Shown here: positions 20,303 to 42,613 of the stretch, one piece after another
Numbering within the stretch: position 1 is the stretch's first letter
Layout: each line of letters begins with the position of its first letter
From: the human T2T-CHM13v2.0 reference genome, Homo sapiens
Assembly: GCF_009914755.1 (NCBI RefSeq)
Contig: NC_060930.1
DNA: 64,000 nt
Reading direction: 5' to 3' (one strand)
Notes under the pieces: generated by a model
Told to the model about the DNA's origin: nothing
What the model saw: the letters and a program-made list of their open reading frames with translations, nothing else
The model's database searches: none
Made by a program: the position numbers and the translations under genes

Positions 20303-21975
20303 CACAGCTTCTACCTCTTCCCTTATAGAATCAGAGCCCCTTGAGAGTGCCTACAGGATCTACTTAGAAAGGTTATTTTGCAAATGTCCCATTAGCTACG
20401 GCATAATACAGCTCTCCTCCAGCAGAAAAGCTCTGCTTTCTGGGAGTCTGTTCCCTCCTCAGCCTAATGGATTCTGTCAGGGGCAGGATGTGGCTTTTGC
20501 CATCACGGGCCATAAAACCCAGGAGTAATGGCTGCAGTGATGGCGGCCTCCTGCCGGCCCATCAGCACGGGAGTTTGATGGTGAGGAGGAGAGAAAGGAA
20601 AACTGGGAAAAGTTCTGAATGCTCAATAACTTTTCAGAGGTAAGATGAGGGAGAGAGAGACCTAGAGCCATAATTGCAGAAGCCTCTTGCAAAATTTAAT
20701 TAAAACTTGGGCAGAAACAAACACCAGAAACAAGTGTCATTCATCAACTTAAACCGCCAACTAAGGTAAACACTGCCACAAACTCAGGAAAAGAAAGGGA
20801 GGAGAATGGAACGAGGGGTGATCACTCTAGATATCAAGCAAATCAAATTACCCTGAAGGCCCTGCCAGACACATGCATTAATCATTGGTTATCCCAGCTG
20901 CACACCTGTATGGAGAGGAGAACTTGGCGTCCTCAAATTGACTCTGGCTGGCAAAGTGGGAAAGCAGAAGGACAGGGTGGCAGGCCAAGGGGAACCCAAT
21001 CCAGAAGTGGCCACGTGGCACCCACGGCTCTGCACTGGCCAGGTGGAAGAAGGAGGAACCACGTAAGATTCAGGCGAGGGCGTACAATCATCCCCAGCTT
21101 TCCAGTCTTGCTTCTTGTTTTCTGGAGCCTATGTAGCTGGACAAACCTGCTGAGCTGCAACGTGAAGCAACTTTCCCCGGGAGGGGGAAGGCTTCAGGGT
21201 GAATCCAAGCCAACTCCAGGGATAACAGAGTGGGAAAGCAAGTTGAGCTTTCAAATCCTTTATGTGGCTGGTTTTCTTCTCTCGTGAGATTCAGCATTTA
21301 GTAGGAGGGAGACGGGGTAGGGTGGGGTGGGGACAAAGTGAGCCGTTGACTTTGTTTCCTGGGTCACAGGCTTTGTACACCCACAAGTCCCGAGGGCAGG
21401 TCACAAGCTGAAATCTTCTTACTCCAGAGAGAGGAGGCTGGAGAGCAGCTCAGCCATCCAGGCTGGGAGCTATTTGCACTTGATGAGCAATTTCAAGTGG
21501 GAACCATCAGAGTGTGTGCCTGTGTGAATGCCAGAGTGCATTTAGAGGGAACAAATGATTTATTATCGGGGCCTCAACAAAGTTACATTCGAAAAGGGAG
21601 GGAGCCTCTTATTCCCCTCCTTATCATTAAAACCTTAAAGAGGTAGAATCCATTTGGTCTCTTAAGCCAGGCTGGAAGGGAGTCACAGCTAATCAAGCAG
21701 CCCGCTCAGCTCCTTCAGCCCTTCTTTGAGTACAACAATATGTATAAACTGGCAAAAGGGACTACAGACTGCTTTGATGTTAAACAAAGAGGAAAACCTC
21801 CAAAACACGGTAAAAATTGTATCTCTGTTTAACTCTTCCGCGTCCTTTCTTCAGCACAAATTTAAGACACGTACAGCTAGGCTCCAGGGAGAGGTACATA
21901 ATGAAAAATTATCATTTCAGATACTTAGATCCAAGTATTTTGTAGCAAGAGAAAATGTCCAGTCTCCTCTTCTGA

Positions 21976-23350
<1,375 letters not shown>

Positions 23351-23720
23351 CAAAATGGAATTTTTCTAAAATATATTGTATGCTTCCAGGGCTTACAAAA
23401 GAAAATTCCTAGGAAATGTCCAGAGGAAATGATCCCTGGGCAGGTTGGAATTCCAGCCTTTAGGTCTTCAGGGATGCCAGGGAAGGAGAATCTGTTGTGA
23501 ACAAAGACCACAAATTGCTGCCTATGTGGAGAAGAGGAGCACGTGCCGGCGCAGCCGGACAGAAGGAGAAGTCAGAGGAGTTGAAGGTTGGAGGTTTGGT
23601 GAAGTAAAAGAGAGCACTAGGAAGGTTTTCAATCACTATAGGTTGAAAACCAGCCATGGTTCAAGAAGGAAGAAGCTCATAAGATTCCGGCATACATATT
23701 GTCCCACTTCTCCTTGGTAA

Positions 23721-24100
23721 TGATGGGGTTCAGGACACGCTATCACACAATATGGCACCTTGGCACATCAGAGGCAGAAAGGTCACTCTCTCTTTCCCCT
23801 TGCCCTCCCTGCTGAAGCAGATCATAAGACCTTCACTCCAGAGGTGCTCTCCCTACACCTGGAGGAAAGGAGCTTCCTTATCGACGTAGGAGCACAGAGA
23901 AGAATCTGAACAAACAGGATATGCTAGACACCCCCAGTTTGTCACCGTTAGAGTCTACCCACGTCGTCCAATCACATTTCTCTACAACCATCCTCTCTTC
24001 ACCAAACCTAAGCACACAAATACACAGGTTTCCCTGTTCCTTTGGCTTTTCATTTCTGAAAGCTACTGTGTTTCATAAAACTTACATTAAATAAATTTGT
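23721..24100 (+). mobile_element. MER31-like ERV1 LTR
   Basis: TGATGGGGTTCAGGACACGCTA..AATATGGCACCTTGGCA start; TAAAACTTACATTAAATAAATTTGT. Confidence 0.78.
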
Positions 24101-24102
24101 GG

Positions 24103-25115
<1,013 letters not shown>

Positions 25116-25348
25116 TTATTGCCCTAGAGCTCCATTTCAACTCACACCAAAACATTGTATTGGATGCTCAACTTTCAGGTTAAGTATCGATCATATCCAA
25201 AGAGCATGCATGGGGTAAGACATCACCTGACTCCCAGATACTGTCATTCACATTTACAATAAAATGCAAGGATCATCTCATTATTTCGTTGTATTCAAAT
25301 TGTGTGTCCATAAACCTGAGAAATGGGGATGGGGGAGGGTTGGAGTCA

Positions 25349-25705
<357 letters not shown>

Positions 25706-26328
25706 TTACTAGCAGAGTCACTTTGGACACTTTAATCTCCCAGCCTCAGTTTCTCATTCTGTAACATGGAACTAAGCATACCCACTTCACAGCACTATCG
25801 TGAGAGGCAATAACTCCTGGAGAGCCCTTTCAGGGGTTACTGTATGAATACACTGAATGAACAGATGCATGTTTTGCCCGCATTTGCAAATATAACACCT
25901 TTACCTCCTGGCCTCTTACACCGTCAAATTGAACTTTATTAAACACTGATTGTTAAACCATAAAATTCATGGTGAGATGGATCTGTTCTGGACACCATTT
26001 TAAGGACTATGGCAATTCCAAAGTGCTCAGAGAAATTCACTGTGAGCTGGTGCCACAGCATGAGACGATATTGGAACAAAGCTACCGTGCAGAGAATTAA
26101 AGTGGGTTGAGCAGCCAATTAAATGTATGCGCTTCATACTTTCACAGGCCTTATCTCACTCAATTAATAGAATGGCATCAAAAGGTTGATATTTTTATTC
26201 CCACTGTACAGAAAGCTTCGACAACCCCCATGGTCACAGAACCAACAGCCGGCATAGCTGAGATTCATATCCAGGTCTCATTGACTCCGAAAACCCTACT
26301 TTATATATTGTTTCATGTTGTTACCTAA

Positions 26329-26689
<361 letters not shown>

Positions 26690-27395
26690 CCAGAACATTA
26701 TTTAAGGCTGGACTGTTTCAGGTAAATTTTCAATGGTTTGCGATCCATGGGTGAGTGATTCTGAATATTACTGGTGAAACGCAATTTCTCTCTCCATCTG
26801 TCTTCCACTTCCTGTTTCTGTCTTTCTCCATCCCTTCCTGCTGACCCCCGCCATGACTTCATAGTGTCCTCATCAATGTAAAGATGAGATTGTAAATCCA
26901 AGATTTTTTTTTTCTATTTAATATACTAGGTAAAGAGAGAGAAGCCAAGAGAGAGAGGGAGAGAAATTACAAAGACGTATTCCTTAACCTCAAGAGTTTA
27001 TCCTTGAGATCTGTACTGAAAACATTTACTCTAAGGCTAAAGTAGTACTTTCATGTCTCTGCTGGTACTTTAGGCAGAGTTTCTAAAACAGTGTGCCAAG
27101 ATCATGGGTCCTAGTGAGGATACTGATCCCTTCAAACATCAGGGCAGCCAGAGCTGGGGTGACCTCAGTTCCTGGTCTGTCACCTCCAGCCAACAGCAGC
27201 CCTTACCAATATTATCATCTCTATATGGACCTCCCCAGGAGAACGATTAGGAAGCTCTGTCTCAAGTCGGGAGGCAAACGTTGGGCAGAAAAACCATGTG
27301 GCAGAGGTATGCCTTGAAACACTCCCCAGAAGACCCAAGGTGTCCATATATGTTTCTCCTCTAGGAGAAATATGGCATAGAAGAGTCCAAAAATT

Positions 27396-28074
<679 letters not shown>

Positions 28075-28569
28075 CTACCATTCTAACTTCCTGGTTGGAA
28101 AAAATATATCTATCACTTAGACACGAAGGTGCAGCTCAAAGGAAGAAATATGGCAGCATTTGCAGCATGAGAGTCAGTCATTTTATTTTTTTGGTTTAAA
28201 GTGAATTTTCATTTAGTTCAACTCCAACCATCCTGATGGAACCACAGTTTGGCTGAAGGGTAAAACAATGTGTGCACTGGAGTGACTCGTGTAGATGTGA
28301 CCTAATTCTCAGCCGCCCCACCAATATTTTATTCTTCAAAACTGACCTACTAGACAACTGGCGTTTGACATTGCTGTTGCTAATGCATGCGAGTATGCCT
28401 CAGCCTCTTCCTGGAAACTGTGGCATCCTTATCTCCATCTCCCCGGAGCCCCAGGGACTTTCCAGGGAGGGGCTGCTATCCTGGGGAGTAAGCACAAGAA
28501 CTAACTTGCTGTTTTGTCTTCAGACCACAAACATCTATTATTTGAGCAACCATTTCTACGATAACCAGG

Positions 28570-29007
<438 letters not shown>

Positions 29008-29122
29008 TCACCTCCTTCTCCTCCTGGCTTTTTTCATAGCCTTCTCCATAGACGATACTGAGTGAGGAGTCCCAAGACGGGGAAAAACTGGTGCTGAGAG
29101 GACAAGCAGGCAAAGAATCCTA

Positions 29123-29460
<338 letters not shown>

Positions 29461-29670
29461 AATCCTAGACAAGAAAGAGTCCGTTTCAAGGTCACAGTCT
29501 TTTCCTGGAATGAGTCGGTAACTGGAGGTACAACATTTCAGGAAGAGGGGAATTGAGCTAAACAATAAGCTACTAAGCCTGCAGCTCTTAGACAAATGTG
29601 GACTTGTGAATGTAAATCTAACAATTTTGACATATAAAAATGTTTTTTTAATTCCACAAATTAAAAGTAG

Positions 29671-29962
29671 GGCCAGGTGTGGTGGCTCACACCTGTAATC
29701 CCAGTGCTTTGGGAGGCTGAGGTGGGAGGATGGCTTAGCTCAGGAGTTCAAGACCAGCCTAGGCAACAGAGCAATACCCATCTTTACAAAAAGTAAAAAA
29801 TTAACCAGGTGTGGTGGCACATGCCTGTAATCTCAGGTACTCAGGAGGCTGAGATAGGAGGATCAATTGAGCCCAAAAGTTTGAGTCTGCAGTGAGCCAT
29901 GATCACACCACTTTACTCCAGCCTAGGCAACAAAGCAATACCCTTTCTCAAAAGAAAAAAAA
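29671..29962 (+). mobile_element. AluJ
   Basis: Alu consensus. Confidence 0.92.
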
Positions 29963-30066
29963 TTCAAAGGAGATTGACACCATTTGTGAGAACATTTGTG
30001 CTATCCCCACAGGTGGCAATGAATAGTTTGCTTCATTGGAAGTATATGTCTCTTTGACTCCCGTAG

Positions 30067-31755
<1,689 letters not shown>

Positions 31756-31784
31756 TCTTCTTTTAACTTTTTCTAAATTTTCTG

Positions 31785-32700
31785 GTTTTTAAAATCGAGG
31801 TATTATTTACATATAGAAAAGTGCACAGATCTTAAGTGTACAATGAATTTTAACAAATATGTACAACAATATCCCAAATCAAAATCTCTAAGGCTCCTTT
31901 CTTATTGATCCACTTCTGAGCACACAGGCAACCATTATTCTTATTTCTATCTCCTTACATTAGTTTTGTCTGTTCTTGAACTTTATATAAATGGAATCAA
32001 GTGTGTAATCTTTTGTGTGTGGCTTCTTTCACTCAAAATGTTTTAATGATTCATCCAAGTTGTCGAATTTCTTTTTATTATTGAGTAGTATTGCATTGGA
32101 TGGACACGACACATTTTGTTCATCAAAACCATCATTTTATTTGGGTTGTTTCCAATGTTTTGCCATAGGAATAAAGCTGCAATGAACATTCTTGTAGATA
32201 TATATAGATATAATATATATATTTCTTTTGAGTAAATATCTAAGAGGGGAAATCCTGGATTATTTTACATGTATATATGAATTCAACTGCCAACAATTTT
32301 TCAAACCGGTTGTACCATTTTGTACCTCAATCATCAAAGTATGACTATGAGAGTTCCAGCTGCTCCACATACTCTCCAGCATTTGGTATTGTTGCCTTTG
32401 AAATTTTTGCTGTTCTAGTGGGGGTATGACAGCACCTCGTTTTTTTTTTTTTTTGAAACAAGATCTCTCTCTATCACGTGGGCTCGAGTACAATGGCGCA
32501 ATCTCAGCGCACTGCAACCTAAACCTCCCAGGCTCAAGCAATTCTCCTGCCTCAGTCTCCTGAATAGCTGGGACTATAGGTGCACGCCACTATGCCTGGC
32601 TAATTTTTGTATTTTTTTTTTTTTTTTTGTAGAGAGGGGTTTTTGCCATGTTGTCCAGGCTACCTCATTCATTTTAATTTGCATTTCCTCAATATGCATA

Positions 32701-32704
<4 letters not shown>
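31785..32704 (-). mobile_element. L1M (MB/MC/MD-type) 3' UTR, continuing at 35311-35375 after the RPL6 retrocopy
   Basis: AAAAGTGCACAGATCTTAAGTGTACA..CTTTATATAAATGGAATCA..GCTGCAATGAACATTCTTG..TTTTAATTTGCATTTCC | GCATATTTTTATGTACTTATT. Confidence 0.85.
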
Positions 32705-35310
<2,606 letters not shown>

Positions 35311-35741
35311 GCATATTTTTATGTACTTATTTCCCATTGTTACGCCTTCTTTTGTGAAATATCTGTCCAACTCTTCTTTAATATTTAGTCCTGAGTCCCA
35401 TAGGCAAGCCCTGATCCCCGGCCACCTCTAAGTCCTCATTTCAGGTCCTTTGGACCCAAGGTGAGCATTGCGGTGGGCTTCCAAAACAAATCAAGAGCTC
35501 TTACTAAAAGTAGGGTGAATGGATCTGGGTGTCCCAAAACAGTAAATGACCACCACATTGTCTTTCTCTCCCAAGCCTCCACTCTGCTCCATCTTGATCT
35601 ATCAAGACCCCACCCATCCTCTCAAGGCCAAATCTAAACTCAGCCTCTTCCAAAGAATTTGTCCAAATCCCCTCCTTCCTCTTCACCACCACCATCAGAA
35701 TAATTTGTTGTATTATCTCATATGACAATTCTCTCACTTTG

Positions 35742-36698
<957 letters not shown>

Positions 36699-36749
36699 CA
36701 GAGTCAGTCTTGCAGTAACTTGGCACAGTATCATATACATAGCAAACTA

Positions 36750-37000
36750 CACATTCCTTCATGCATTCATTCAACAAATATTTACTGAGCATCTTTTTTG
36801 CACCAAGCCTAATGCGAGAGAATGGCATGCAATGATGAACAAGATAGGCGCACCCCTGCCCTTGTGAAGCTTGTAATCATATGGAGGATATAGATAGGAA
36901 AACAGTCAATAACAGCACAAAGTGGTAAGTACTCTAATTGGAGGAGTACAGAATAATACAAGAGCATATAGGAACCACACTGAGACCTGAAAGATGAAGA
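36750..37000 (-). mobile_element. L2 3' end
   Basis: CATTCATTCAACAAATATTTACTGAGCA. Confidence 0.8.
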
Positions 37001-37175
37001 GCCAAGTGAAGACTTCATAAAATTGTATTAAATATAAATGATTTAAATTAAAAATTACCAAATATACAAGGAATGGTGAACATAACCCATCAAGCAAAAA
37101 CAGGGAGGAATTAAAGGTAACTCTTGCCCATTTTAGAGATACGCATCATTTGATTTGCCTCAGATGTGCTTAGGA

Positions 37176-37513
<338 letters not shown>

Positions 37514-38079
37514 TAAAAAGCCACAGGCTCCCACCAGGAGCAAGAACCAGTGAGTGAGGCTTCCAGATGAGGCTGTACGAGCATTTTGGTGGCATGCAAA
37601 ATGTAGGGATTCAGGAGGAGGAGGGAGGATGGAAGGAAAAAGTTGAAAAAGCAGTTACGAATTGTGAAGAGAAATGATAGTGTTTATTTCTAAATGACAA
37701 CTCTTTATCTTCTTACCCCAGGCCTATTTGTTGACAAGCCATTCTGTCAAAATCTGTTGGTCAAGGAAAGGGAGACCCACGTACATGTGGCACATTAGGC
37801 CTTGATCTTGTCTCTGTTGGAATTCAAAGGCTCTCCCGTAAGCAATCAGCTTCCTAATGGGCACAAGGCACCTCTGGGAATGGGAATTTGACCAGGTTTG
37901 TCAAAACCGCCAGACAGAAGCAGAGTCTTTCTCATTTTCCTGTTTCTATCACAGGAGAGGAGCAACTCCAGGGGCCATGCCAGTCCTTCAAGGACAAGAG
38001 CTAAAACTACCGTGAAAGCTGCTTACACATTAGCAGGGCACACACATAAATCCATCACATCTATTTTTTAAATCTGGAT

Positions 38080-40800
38080 GAATAAAACAGATACAGGCCG
38101 GGCACACAGTATATCTTGGAGCTGTGGAAACAGCTTATGGAGTAACTCAATAGAGTGAAGGATTCTCACTCTCCCTCTCTCTCTCTTTCGAATCCCTATC
38201 GCCAAGCAGCAGTGAATTAAAATTGCCTGAGAAATCAAGCAGGTGGTAATCGCTTCTCTGTCAGATAAGTTATCCGAGGACAGACTTTTTTCTGAGGCGG
38301 TTACGCTGTCTTCCTCAGCTCCATGATGCAGAAACCCATAGAGATTAAAATCAGCTGCATCGTGGATACAGTTACACCCTAAAAAGAAAAGGCGTGGATG
38401 ACTAGGGGAATGCCCAGAGAGCCCTGGGGTGGAGAGAGGCCGGGGAGGGTCACAGGGGCTCCCTTGAACCCAAGGCCACAGTGATGAAGACTTGGTCATG
38501 TGCCTTTAGCTTCATGGGGAGAACTGTGACAGCCAGAAGCCAGAACATGAGTTTTGCTGGCCTCTCCTCTGACTCCTGTTTAGTACTAAAGCAGGGAGGA
38601 GTTGGGGTGGGGAACTGGGGAGAGGAGGTGGAGGAAAAGTCCAGACCAGTCATCACACGATCAGCAGAACGAGTCCTTATGGGTTTGACAAATGTGGGAA
38701 GATTAGAAAAGATCTTGGGCTAAAAACAAAAACAAATGTCTTCCCATTTTCTTTACAAAACTCCCAGCCCCTCTCACCACACACTTATATACCCCAACCC
38801 CAACTAATCTGTCTTGAAGATAAACATGCTTTTTCTAAACTCTAAAACCTGTCTTCCATTAATGCTAGTCTGGAGAGTGAAGCTTTCCCTGCTGACTGAT
38901 TACAGAAAATTGCTTATTTAAAGAAACCTGGACTCTCTCTTGCAGACAATGGCTTCCATTCCGGACATCATTTCAGAGACTTCCGCACAAACAAGAGAGA
39001 CTAGCAAGCACCTTGAGATAATCCAGGTATAAGGGGAAGAGTACAGAGCTGGTTCACACAACCGCACCCTCACTCACACAGACACAAACACACAGCCCAA
39101 CCCAGAAACTGCACCACATAGGACACAGCTGCATTTGGGCCTCTAATTACTTTACTGTCTAATTCATGCTAACACAGCAATTAGTGATAACGCTCAAAAC
39201 ACTCATACACATCAGCTTGACGACATTTAATTATGACAGTAGATGTATCGCACTTCAGGAGATATGTAACTTAGCAAGGAATAAGAAATCTATATGGATG
39301 GCCCATCTAAACCACCATGAAATAAAAGTAGAGGAAAGTCATGAAATCCTCACTTTGTCATTAAAAGAAAATGTTTAACGGGTGTGTTTTTATGTGAAAT
39401 ATGCCATTTCCAGATGCTGATTGGAAATCCGGTCTCGCTGGCTCAGAAAACATGATTAGGTTTTTATTTTTCAAAAGAAAGGAAGTGAGAAAGGAAGGAG
39501 GGAAGGAGGGAAGGAAGGAAGGAAGGAAGGAAGGAAGGAAGGAAGGAAGGAAGGAAGGAAGGAAGGGGGGAAGGGTAGCTTGGCTCTTGATTATTGCTTG
39601 ATGGCTCTGTGTATTCATTCTCATTTTCAGTACCTTAGACATCAGCAGAAGATATAAGGGAAATGGGACATTTTTTGCTGGGATGCTCCTTAAGATGTGC
39701 CATTTGCTATTGGTTTACATGGGGCCTGTTCATGAGATATGATTAATAGTTCAGCAGCACTGCCAAAAAGCACATAAATCTGGCCATCCACAGTGTAATT
39801 GACACACTGCTTGTCTCGCAGATACCTACAGCACTTGCTTATCGCAGTCTAATCCCCCAGTGGGTATTCGAAGCAGCTGATTATGCAATGCCAGTTGCTT
39901 ACACTACAGTTTGGGGGTCTTTTCCTTATAGCACCCAATTAGCTGTGACACAAAGCCCTACTCCCCTTGATCAACCTTGACCAGGTGTTAAGTACCAGCT
40001 GAATGAACGCAGGCGATAGCACAAATGCCACTGGAGCACCCGGCCTAAGCAGAGCGGGTGTTGAGGTGGGAACCTCCACCTACGCATTCTGCATCAAGTT
40101 GCCTTTGCTTTAGACTCGCCAAGCACCCTTGCTTTGGTTCCTCACACCCAGATCATAGCAATCTGCCACCGAACCCTGCAAGGTTACCACGGTGAGCTCC
40201 ACCTGTCTTCTCCCCGACCTGCCTCACCCTCTCTTCCAGCTCATTCAACATCTCTCCTTTCCAAATCAAAATCCAGCAGCTCCTCACATTGACTTGCCGT
40301 GGGAACTTCAAAACCTCAGCCCCGCTCTCTAGTCCTCTGATTTCTCCATTTCTATGAAAATTTTAAAAACAAAAACAACACTGACTTAGCAGAGCAGCAA
40401 CTGGGAAGATTAAAGATTAATAATAAACAAGTTGTAAAGCCCTTTGAAAGCATAAAATGCTGTAGGAGTAATTATTATCATTGTTATTAATCACCTCAGT
40501 TCATCACATAGAGTAAACATGCAATTATAAAGAGGGGACTCTTAAATGCAGTATCAGCAGCAAGACCCATTTATTACAATGCTATTTGCTTGGATTCCAT
40601 TACAGTTATAAAATTTTGCGCTCATCTAGCACTTTTTGTCTGAGAATGTCAAAGTGCTGTACAAGCACAGGCTCTAATTAAACTAATCCTTGCAACACAC
40701 AGGGAGCAGCAGAGAGAGGCCACTTCCAGTTGTGTAACTCGCCATCTAAGCACATCCTGTCCTGGTCTGGGGAGGTCTGCCTGCTGAGGGCTGCATCTAG
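38080..40800. promoter_or_regulatory. Candidate enhancer / conserved non-coding cluster
   Basis: Alu-free island with dense TAAT/CTAATTA/TGACAG/TGATT motifs and retained CpGs; inference only. Confidence 0.45.
39492..39565. repeat. (GGAA)14 microsatellite
   Basis: Pure GGAA run 39509-39564. Confidence 0.95.
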
Positions 40801-40832
40801 AAACTTCCGAAATCTAACATTCCTAGGAAAGT

Positions 40833-41164
40833 CATATATATATGTATGTAAAAATATGTGTGTGTATATACATATACACATATACATATATATGTATACA
40901 CATGTGTATATGTATGTATACACAAATATGTGTGTGTATATATACACATGTACATATATGTGTATACACATATATGTATGTGTATACATGTATACGTATA
41001 GGTATAGATATACATGTATACGTATAGGTATAGATATACATGTATACGTATAGGTATAGATATTCATGTATACGTGTACATATTCATGTATACGTGTACG
41101 TATTCATGTATACGTGTACGTATTCATGTATACGTATATGTATACATATATACACACACACATA
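40833..41164. repeat. TA/CA/TG-rich tandem repeat with 26-bp and 20-bp higher-order units
   Basis: TACATGTATACGTATAGGTATAGATA x3; TATTCATGTATACGTGTACR x3. Confidence 0.92.
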
Positions 41165-41285
41165 TTTTTAAAGCACAAATAATTAATGTCAGGCATAATA
41201 CACAAAGGTTTCAATATCTTCTTCTGTGTGGGAATTATGTATTCAGTGTCTTGCTAGTAACTCACATATACCTCGATCCTGCCAT

Positions 41286-41896
41286 TTTGGTTTTTTGTTT
41301 TGTTTTGTTTTTGTTTTGAGATGGAGTCTCGCTCTGTCTCCCAGGCTGGAGTGCAGTGGCGCGATCTCAGCTCACTGCAAGCTCCACCTCCTAGTTTCAC
41401 GCCATTCTCCTGCCTCAGTCTCCTGAGTAGCTGGGACTACAGGCTTCTGCCACTACGCCTGGCTAATTTTTTTTTGTATTTTTAGTAGAGGCAGGGTTTC
41501 ACCATGTTAGGCAGGATGGTCTCAATCTCCTGACCAAGTGATCCACCCACCTCACCCTCCCAAAGAGCTGAGAATACAGACATGAGCCATCACACCCAGC
41601 CTTTTTTTGTTTTTTGAGATGGAGTGTCGCTCTGTTGTCCAGGCCGGAGTGCAATGGCGTGATCTTGGCTCACTGCAACCTCCGCCTCCTGGGTTCAAGT
41701 GATTCTCATGTCTCACCTTCCTGAGTAGCTGGGATTACAGACACCTGCCACCATGCCTGGCTAATTTTTGTATTTTTAGTAGAGACGGGGTTTCACCATG
41801 TTGGTCAGGCTGGTCTCAAACTCCTAACCTCAAGTGATCCGCCCAACCCAACCTTCCAAAGTGCTGGGATTACAGGATTGAGCCACTGTGCCCAGC
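41286..41896 (-). mobile_element. Two tandem Alus
   Basis: Alu consensus; outer TSD GATCCTGCCATTTTGG. Confidence 0.93.
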
Positions 41897-42613
41897 AGAT
41901 CCTGCCATTTTGGCCCATGGTTTGTGTGTTTTCCATCAAACAGAGCCTGAGAGAAAGTCTTCTGTGCCTTACTGTTTGTAACATTGCCAGCCTGGAAGTT
42001 CTCATACAGTGATGATTACTAATGACAGTAAATGAGTTTACACAGAAAAACACAATGAAAACAGTCTATGTCGTCAACATCTTGTCCCTGTGCCAGTGTC
42101 CTGCTCATCTGGGAAGAAAAACCCAGCTGTGGATCATTCTCATACAATATTACAGTATTGCCAAAACTTTGTTGTAGGTTTTGGTGTAAGTAGATGGACA
42201 GTTTTGACTGTAATAATAATTCTGCCCTACCACTAATAAGAGAAGAACAAATTCCATTCTTGGGATTTTGCATCTTTCCAATGGAAGAAGCATGATGCAA
42301 TAGTTTCCAAAGTAGGGTTCTTAAACCCCAGACTGTGTGCAAGATGACCCATTGAGACCCAGAAAGGGCAGAGTTAGACCTCTATTTTATTTACTGTATT
42401 CTATTATATTCTGTAAAAAAAAAATTACATTAATTTTACTAATGTGTTATGCAATTTGAGAGTAAAACTAGTAAATATACATATACTGAGAATTCCCAAC
42501 TGGGCAAGCAAAAATGTTTGAAGAGTTCAAAAAAAAGAAATGAGCAATATTTTCATAGTGAAAGACAGGTGTATTTAGGTTAGACTCTACTTCTTCATAT
42601 TAGAAATGTTTTT

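Noticed and set aside
26712-26756. TTTCAG|GTAAAT recursive-splice-like site with GTGAGT 29 nt downstream
   Set aside because: Weak polypyrimidine tract and no evidence of a host transcript; expected by chance
40678-41319. Regularly repeated 26- and 20-bp units as a possible CRISPR-like array, and YTCI-rich ORFs
   Set aside because: Head-to-tail units with no unique spacers in eukaryotic DNA; a simple VNTR
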